From IMG/VR virus record IMGVR_UViG_2548876944_000012: 4,054 nt of DNA; one strand, given 5' to 3'. The position numbers were made by a program, and so were the translations under genes. The DNA comes from a virus (Duplodnaviria > Heunggongvirae > Uroviricota > Caudoviricetes). This document shows positions 1 through 4,054 of this stretch, in pieces. The first letter of the stretch is position 1; each line of letters begins with the position of its first letter. A model generated the notes under the pieces. It had not been told where the DNA came from and searched no databases. It saw nothing but the letters and a program-made list of their open reading frames with translations.

Positions 1-60
1 CCGAAGAGCCTCTCATTTCGTAGCAACTTTCTTAACAACACCTTTCAACGAGAAAATCCC

Positions 61-252
61 ATGTCAGAAATAAAATCTCTGGTCACTGCTGAAGCAGTGA
101 AGGACGTCCTGCGCTCTGAAGAAGTCAGAAGCGCACTGAAACAGCAACTCCGCCAGAATCTTGAGGCGCGTCTTGATGCTGAAGTGGATGCCATTCTGGA
201 TGAGCTGCTGGGGGGATCCGTTCCTGATGTCGTACTTCACTCAGACCACTGA
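61..252 (+). CDS. Hypothetical small charged, likely helical protein (63 aa); may be the 3' end of a longer gene
   Basis: ATG at 61 opens an ORF to a stop at 250-252. The same frame has no stop from position 1, so the true start could lie upstream of the window. No convincing Shine-Dalgarno before 61. The translation (MSEIKSLVTAEAVKDVLRSEEVRSALKQQLRQNLEARLDAEVDAILDELL...) is charged with heptad-like spacing. Not recognised as a known family. Confidence 0.35.
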   Translation: MSEIKSLVTAEAVKDVLRSEEVRSALKQQLRQNLEARLDAEVDAILDELLGGSVPDVVLHSDH

Positions 253-535
253 CGGCAGAGTGAATCTGATGCATCACAGGAAAGCCGGAAACACGAAGCT
301 GGGGGAGTTCGGCGATTACGGTAACGACTGGCAGACGCTGGAGCTGGTGTTCACCGCCGGCAGTGCCACGGTTACTCCGAAACTGAATGGAGTGGCTGGC
401 CCGGCATTCCAGGTTATAAAAGACAGTCTGACACTGGGACTGAATGCGCTGACGCTGACGGATGTTACAAAAAATGCAGCGTATGGCGTTGAGATAGAAA
501 GTCTGATGCTGGAGATAAATGCACCGGCAGCATAA
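227..535 (+). CDS. Hypothetical protein (102 aa) of the prophage late region
   Basis: The ORF track shows 161-535, but 161 is a TTG and the N-terminal 22 residues (W-rich) look like the shadow of the overlapping 61-252 frame. ATG at 227 is preceded by GGGGGA at 211-216. Stop TAA at 533-535 is followed directly by a hairpin. ATG at 269 is an alternative start. Small proteins of this size are common upstream of S in lambdoid prophages, but I cannot assign a family from memory. Confidence 0.45.
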   Translation: MSYFTQTTDGRVNLMHHRKAGNTKLGEFGDYGNDWQTLELVFTAGSATVTPKLNGVAGPAFQVIKDSLTLGLNALTLTDVTKNAAYGVEIESLMLEINAPAA

Positions 536-542
536 TAAAAAA

Positions 543-572
543 AGCCAGCGCCCACTCTGAAGGACGCTGGCT
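543..572 (-). terminator. GC-rich hairpin whose poly-T tract lies on the minus strand; orientation uncertain
   Basis: AGCCAGCG (543-550) pairs with CGCTGGCT (565-572), with two further inner CC/GG pairs. On the + strand it is preceded by an A-run (537-543) and followed by TAAAAC, which is not U-rich. On the - strand the hairpin is followed by TTTTTTTATTA, the canonical intrinsic-terminator layout. It sits right after the stop of the 227-535 ORF. Confidence 0.35.
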
Positions 573-642
573 AAAACGGGTAGATGTACTTCACATGATA
601 CTTATATTTGGCAGTACATTTTCTGACAGACAGTGACGGATG

Positions 643-669
643 TTGTCAAGATATTGTGTCATTTATAAC
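643..669 (+). promoter_or_regulatory. Weak sigma70-like promoter candidate (TTGTCA, 15 bp spacer, TATAAC), possible late pR'-like promoter
   Basis: TTGTCA at 643-648 and TATAAC at 664-669. The spacer is short at 15 bp. It lies about 100 nt upstream of the strong terminator at 748-782, matching the short promoter-to-terminator unit of lambdoid pR'/tR'. Motif-level evidence only. Confidence 0.2.
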
Positions 670-747
670 CTGAATCAGGGGTTGGTCGGAATGTTATCTG
701 GCATTTTTAGCAGAGCCTGAATGCCATAATCACGGCTCCCGGAGTTG

Positions 748-782
748 GCCGTCAGTGGGTGACACTGGCGGCTTTTTGTTTT
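748..782 (+). terminator. Strong rho-independent terminator just upstream of the holin, tR'-like
   Basis: 10-bp stem GCCGTCAGTG (748-757) / CACTGGCGGC (763-772) with one G-U wobble, 5-nt loop GGTGA, then TTTTTGTTTT (773-782). The holin start is 46 nt downstream. Confidence 0.6.
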
Positions 783-827
783 CCTTTACTTTCATTTTCT
801 GTCGGCGGTGACGGAGACATACATCAG

Positions 828-1034
828 ATGGAAAAAATCACAACGGGTGTGTCATACACCACGTCAGCGGTGGGGACGGGATACTGGTTACTGCAGCTGC
901 TGGACAAAGTCTCTCCGTCCCAGTGGGTGGCAATAGGTGTACTGGGGAGTCTGCTGTTTGGCCTGCTGACGTATCTGACTAACCTGTATTTCAAAATCAG
1001 GGAGGACCGCCGTAAGACGGCGCGGGGAGACTAA
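828..1034 (+). CDS. S: Class II holin (pinholin), phage 21 S21 / 933W S-like, 68 aa
   Basis: Translation [68 protein letters not shown] closely matches my memory of the phage 21 S68 pinholin (two TM segments, SPSQW motif, basic C-terminal tail). The track ORF 759-1034 begins at a GTG inside the upstream terminator stem, so the ATG at 828 is preferred. GGAGA at 811-815. Confidence 0.85.
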   Translation: MEKITTGVSYTTSAVGTGYWLLQLLDKVSPSQWVAIGVLGSLLFGLLTYLTNLYFKIREDRRKTARGD

Positions 1035-1038
1035 AGCG

Positions 1039-2028
1039 ATGAAGAAAAAATACGAACTGGTTGTTAAAGAGATAAATAATTACCCGGATAAGATTGCTGT
1101 TACTGTGGCACTTGAAATTGGCGGGCATCCGTCGTTGTTGTTGCCACATGTGGCGATTAGTCTTGACCGTACTGAAGGTGCCACGCTGGAGTTCTACGAA
1201 GCTGAGGCGAAAAAACAGGCGAAGCAGTTTTTCATGGATATTGTTGCCGGGTTATGCGAAGGGGATGAACCGTCACCGGAAAAGCGCCCCGTAATTTTAG
1301 ATGCGCAGGATGTATTGATAACCTACAAAGGAAAGCTACCGGGAAGAATTACTTGTTCTCTGAAGATGCCGCCGTCAACACTGCGGTCAGAAAAAGATGA
1401 TGTTGAATCGCGTATTGAAAAACTGGAGTGCTATATCGCTGAATTGAAAAAAAGCACCCCAACAAAAAATGAGGTGCTTGCAGCAGACGAAATGAAAGAA
1501 GCTATTCCTGATCGCGCGGCGAATCTAAGCTGCGCTTCATGGTTGAAAGAGCATCTTCAGCAGCCTGAAAAAAAACGCCGCGATGAGCAGTTTGCTGCGT
1601 TTTACGATTATTGCCGGAAAGTGATGAGCAGAAATCTCGCAGAGTGTTTCAGTATTCATAATGATAATTTCAGTGACCTGGAATGGGAGTGTAACCGGCC
1701 ATCCTTTGTTGTATCCGGTGATGCTGGGAAAATAACCATCTCAGAAAATGGAAAAGTAACACCGCCATCGCACCAGCATAGTGAGGAGCTCATTGAATTT
1801 GCCATTGATTACCTGAAGAACAATAAAAAGCAGGGGCTGATGAAGTGCATTGGTCGTTGCATGGGATATCTGCAGATAGCTGCTGAGATTGAAGCGCTGG
1901 CCAGTGGTGCGGACAAGGATGCAGTTGTGCGGGAGGCTCTTCTTCGTGATTTTGATAATCCGCCCTTTAAAAAAGTGCCGGCTTACTGGTTTCATCCAGG
2001 ACTGACTTATCTTAAAGGACGTATATAA
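1039..2028 (+). CDS. Uncharacterised 329-aa protein inserted between holin and endolysin; function unknown
   Basis: Long uninterrupted ORF. ATG at 1039 lies 4 nt after the holin stop, with GGGGAGA (1024-1030) inside the holin 3' end, which suggests translational coupling to S. No TM segment, signal peptide or catalytic motif that I recognise. Lys/Glu-rich with several Cys (for example CIGRC near the C-terminus). By eye it is more AT-rich than the flanking S, R and Rz genes (not computed). Confidence 0.8.
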   Translation: MKKKYELVVKEINNYPDKIAVTVALEIGGHPSLLLPHVAISLDRTEGATLEFYEAEAKKQAKQFFMDIVAGLCEGDEPSPEKRPVILDAQDVLITYKGKLPGRITCSLKMPPSTLRSEKDDVESRIEKLECYIAELKKSTPTKNEVLAADEMKEAIPDRAANLSCASWLKEHLQQPEKKRRDEQFAAFYDYCRKVMSRNLAECFSIHNDNFSDLEWECNRPSFVVSGDAGKITISENGKVTPPSHQHSEELIEFAIDYLKNNKKQGLMKCIGRCMGYLQIAAEIEALASGADKDAVVREALLRDFDNPPFKKVPAYWFHPGLTYLKGRI

Positions 2029-2070
2029 GCTGGCTCGTTATCTGTTGCCGATAAATCCTGATAAATATCC

Positions 2071-2604
2071 ATGAACACCAAAATCAAATACGGCCTGTCG
2101 GCTGCCGTTCTGGCGCTGATTGCCGCTGGTGCGCCTGCGCCTGATATTCTCGACCAGTTTCTGGATGAAAAGGAAGGTAACCACACCACGGCATACCGTG
2201 ATGGTGCGGGGATCTGGACCATCTGCCGTGGTGCCATCATGGTGGATGGTAAACCTGTTGTTCCAGGCATGAAGTTGTCGAAGGCAAAATGCGCTCAGGT
2301 TAACGCCATTGAGCGTAATAAGGCGCTGGCATGGGTGGAGAAAAACATCAAAGTGCCATTGACCGAACCACAGAAAGCGGGGATTGCGTCATTCTGTCCG
2401 TACAACATTGGCCCCGGTAAGTGTTTCCCGTCGACGTTTTATAAACGAATTAATGCAGGCGATCGCAGGGGGGCGTGTGAGGCGATTCGCTGGTGGATTA
2501 AGGACGGTGGCAGAGACTGCCGTATTCGCTCAAACAACTGTTACGGTCAGGTATCCCGTCGCGACCAGGAGAGTGCGCTGGCGTGCTGGGGAATTGACAG
2601 ATAA
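2071..2604 (+). CDS. R: SAR endolysin (lysozyme, T4-lysozyme-like fold), 177 aa
   Basis: The translation has a weakly hydrophobic Gly/Ala-rich N-terminal signal-anchor-release segment (YGLSAAVLALIAAGAPAP). Glu35, Asp44 and Thr50 (EGNHTTAYRDGAGIWT) sit at the positions of the phage 21 R21 / T4 lysozyme catalytic triad. Overall it resembles the lysozymes of 933W-type phages and E. coli cryptic prophages, as recalled from memory. There is a 42-nt gap after the upstream ORF and no strong SD. Confidence 0.9.
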   Translation: MNTKIKYGLSAAVLALIAAGAPAPDILDQFLDEKEGNHTTAYRDGAGIWTICRGAIMVDGKPVVPGMKLSKAKCAQVNAIERNKALAWVEKNIKVPLTEPQKAGIASFCPYNIGPGKCFPSTFYKRINAGDRRGACEAIRWWIKDGGRDCRIRSNNCYGQVSRRDQESALACWGIDR

Positions 2605-2694
2605 GCAGAATATTTTGCTGAAAAATGCGGTTTGCTCACACGGACGGATAACACGAAATCCTGCGAACTGACAAAAACTAAGTGAATAAAAGTA

Positions 2695-2736
2695 AAAACC
2701 CCGTTTGTTGGCTGCAAGCGGGGTTTTGTGTTTCCT
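2695..2736. terminator. Bidirectional rho-independent terminator in the R-Rz gap
   Basis: AAAACCCCG (2695-2703) pairs with CGGGGTTTT (2719-2727), 9 bp. On the + strand it is followed by TTTTGTGTTT; on the - strand by TTTTTACTTTTATT. Confidence 0.5.
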
Positions 2737-2763
2737 GACTCTGGAAAAGTCAAAGGAGAAAGT

Positions 2764-2901
2764 GTGTTTGATTTTAGCAAACTGATTCGGGAGATTCGAG
2801 TGATGGCTGAAAAATTATCCACCTGGAAGTTCATTCTTATCTGGCTGGTGTTTGTGATTATGGCCTCCGGTTATTTCATCGGTCAGATACGCTGGTGGTG
2901 A
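2764..2901 (+). CDS. Small hydrophobic single-TM peptide (45 aa from GTG 2764, or 32 aa from ATG 2803), translationally coupled to Rz
   Basis: AGGAG at 2754-2758 sits 5 nt before GTG 2764; an in-frame ATG is at 2803. Translation ends ...MAEKLSTWKFILIWLVFVIMASGYFIGQIRWW. Stop TGA at 2899-2901 is 1 nt before the Rz ATG at 2903. Too short to appear in the ORF track. Coding status unproven. Confidence 0.3.
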   Translation: MFDFSKLIREIRVMAEKLSTWKFILIWLVFVIMASGYFIGQIRWW

Positions 2902-2902
2902 A

Positions 2903-3370
2903 ATGAACCGCGTACTGTGCGTGGTCATCATTGCCCTGCTGGTGGCCTGTGGTGCGCTTAGTCTGGGGCTGAATCATTACCGTGATAACGCCATAACCTA
3001 CAAAGAGCAGCGCGATAAAAAAGTCAGTGAGCTGGAGCAGGCAAATGCAACCATTACTGATATGCAGCAGCGCCAGCGTGATGTTGCTGCACTTGATGCC
3101 AGATACTCGAGGGAATTAGCCGATGCGAGAGCTGAAAATGAAACTCTTCGCGCTGACGTTGCCGCTGGTCGTAAGCGCCTGCGGATCAACGCCACCTGTC
3201 CAGGCTCCGTGCGTGAAGCCCCCACCACCTCCGGCGTGGATAATGCAACCGGCCCCCAACTGGCAGACACCGTTACACGGGATTATTTCACCCTCAGAGA
3301 GCGGCTGATGACGATGCACAAGCAACTGGAAGGGGCACAGGACTATATCCGCACTCAGTGCCTGAAATAA
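2903..3370 (+). CDS. Rz: i-spanin Rz (inner-membrane spanin), 155 aa
   Basis: N-terminal TM segment followed by NHYRDNAITYKEQRDK...RDVAALDA...AENETLRADVAAGRKRLRI...DYFTLRERLMTMHKQLEG, which is near-colinear with lambda Rz as recalled. It contains the embedded +1-frame Rz1. Confidence 0.9.
   Translation: MNRVLCVVIIALLVACGALSLGLNHYRDNAITYKEQRDKKVSELEQANATITDMQQRQRDVAALDARYSRELADARAENETLRADVAAGRKRLRINATCPGSVREAPTTSGVDNATGPQLADTVTRDYFTLRERLMTMHKQLEGAQDYIRTQCLK
3123..3308 (+). CDS. Rz1: o-spanin Rz1 (outer-membrane lipoprotein), 61 aa, embedded in Rz in the +1 frame
   Basis: MRELKMKLFALTLPLVVSACGSTPPVQAPCVKPPPPPAWIMQPAPNWQTPLHGIISPSESG: signal peptide with lipobox VSAC (Cys20), a penta-proline stretch, and a PPPPPAWIMQP...QTPL...GIISPSE core shared with lambda Rz1 as recalled. 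Lies wholly inside Rz in another frame. ATG at 3138 is an alternative start. Confidence 0.85.
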   Translation: MRELKMKLFALTLPLVVSACGSTPPVQAPCVKPPPPPAWIMQPAPNWQTPLHGIISPSESG

Positions 3371-3720
3371 GTTTTGTTGATGCGCCGTATCGTCGCTGTA
3401 TTCCCTCATTAACAGAGACCGCAGCCCGACAGGGAGACTCCTCTGCGCGAGTGTGCGGGGATAATCAAAAACGATACACACCGGGGTTTACCGCGTTAAC
3501 GGAGCGCGGCGTTGTCCCCTCATAGTCGCCTGTCCGGTGCGATGGTGGAAGAAGTCGGATGTTTATCACTATTAATTGATGACACAGAAATGGATTCATT
3601 GAATTTCAGCACGTTTTTGTATTCGTGTTATTGAACATCTGTTTATTTTACTTTTAACATATTGATAATAAAAAGAGCTGTAAATCTTTAGATGAGTCGA
3701 TTTTGTCCGGGGAAGTTCAA

Positions 3721-3858
3721 ATGGATTTTATGCTGACGGTTTCTGGTGTGGTTATCCTGTCCATTGCTTATACTGCAGATAAATATGGCTGCCATTTGTT
3801 ATCACGTATTGGCGCTTATTGTTCGTTGATGCTGATTTTCTCGTCGCTTTTTTTTTGA
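3721..3858 (+). CDS. Speculative 45-codon hydrophobic peptide ORF in the AT-rich region downstream of Rz
   Basis: Manual translation gives MDFMLTVSGVVILSIAYTADKYGCHLLSRIGAYCSLMLIFSSLFF. GGGGAAG at 3709-3715 precedes the ATG, and the ORF ends in a T9 run (3848-3856). It sits in a roughly 300-bp AT-rich stretch with promoter-like hexamers. Not in the ORF track (too short); no homology recognised. Confidence 0.2.
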   Translation: MDFMLTVSGVVILSIAYTADKYGCHLLSRIGAYCSLMLIFSSLFF

Positions 3859-4031
3859 GTAAGTTATATTAATTATAACAAATAATTTTCTGTGTTATTT
3901 TTTCAGGCTATCCCGTCAGAGGGGAAGCCTGTACTGCCGGGGAGCGAATGGAAAACTGATGTGTCCGGTAACTGCGTGTTCTGTGAACACCATGTTACTT
4001 AGACTGGCCCCCTGAATCTCCAGACAACCAG

Positions 4032-4051
4032 TATCACTTAAATAAGTGATA
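4032..4051. repeat. Perfect palindrome TATCACTT-AAAT-AAGTGATA (8-bp arms), operator-like
   Basis: Read directly from the sequence. The arms carry the TATCAC / GTGATA hexamer that forms the lambda cI/Cro operator half-site, but the 20-bp span differs from the 17-bp lambda operators. The window ends 3 bp later, so the context is cut off. Confidence 0.4.
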
Positions 4052-4054
4052 GTC

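Noticed and set aside
161-226. N-terminal extension of the 161-535 track ORF (TTG start, W-rich MRRVLMLKWMPFWMSCWGDPFL)
   Set aside because: TTG start with no SD and implausible composition; it is the out-of-frame shadow of the 61-252 ORF. ATG 227 is preferred.
316-555. Minus-strand 79-aa ORF
   Set aside because: Antisense to the better-supported 227-535 ORF, with low-complexity composition and no start context.
759-827. GTG-initiated N-terminal extension of the holin ORF (759-1034 in the track)
   Set aside because: The GTG lies inside the terminator stem-loop, and the extension is absent from S21-type holins as I recall them; ATG 828 gives the canonical 68-aa pinholin.
1094-1294. Plus-strand 66-aa ORF in an alternative frame inside the 329-aa gene
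   Set aside because: Wholly nested in a much longer ORF; Cys/Arg/Trp-rich translation typical of an off-frame artefact.
2050-2066. Direct repeat GATAAAT ... GATAAAT with 10-bp period just upstream of R
   Set aside because: Two short copies only, which could arise by chance in AT-rich spacer DNA; noted as a possible regulatory element but not enough to call.
1741-2270. Minus-strand ORFs 1741-1995 (84 aa) and 2007-2270 (87 aa)
   Set aside because: Antisense shadows of the 329-aa ORF and of R; no independent support.
2384-2834. ORFs 2384-2671 (+, 95 aa) and 2547-2834 (-, 95 aa)
   Set aside because: The first is an alternative frame inside R (Arg-rich). The second spans the R 3' end and the terminator hairpin. 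Neither has convincing start signals.
2998-3481. Minus-strand ORFs 2998-3270 (90 aa) and 3116-3481 (121 aa)
   Set aside because: Antisense to Rz/Rz1, which are strongly supported; composition (Gly/Ala/Ser/Arg runs) is typical of reverse-frame artefacts in GC-rich coding sequence.
3701-3730. Possible tRNA T-arm-like motif (GTTCAAATGG)
   Set aside because: No flanking acceptor or anticodon stems and no CCA-compatible 3' end; the motif overlaps the start of the small ORF. No tRNA could be supported anywhere in the window.
3371-4054. Expected bor-like lipoprotein gene, cos site or CRISPR/IS features downstream of Rz
   Set aside because: No ORF of adequate length on either strand, no repeat-spacer periodicity, and no terminal inverted repeats with a transposase; the region is treated as non-coding or regulatory.

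Overview
This window reads as the lysis module of a lambdoid (phage 21 / 933W-like) enterobacterial prophage, with every supported gene on the + strand. In order: two small overlapping hypothetical ORFs (61-535); a short promoter-to-terminator unit ending in a strong intrinsic terminator (748-782), laid out like lambda pR'/tR'; a class II pinholin S (828-1034); an unrecognised 329-aa ORF (1039-2028) inserted between the holin and its endolysin; a SAR-type endolysin R (2071-2604); an R-Rz gap holding a bidirectional terminator and a small membrane-peptide ORF (2764-2901); the spanin pair Rz (2903-3370) with Rz1 embedded in the +1 frame (3123-3308); and an AT-rich non-coding tail with a 45-codon hydrophobic ORF and an operator-like palindrome at the window edge. 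No tRNA, rRNA, CRISPR array, integrase or IS element was seen. The main candidate for something undescribed is the 329-aa insert, with the R-Rz gap second. All homology statements come from reading the translations and from memory of the lambda, phage 21 and 933W lysis proteins; no database search was run.
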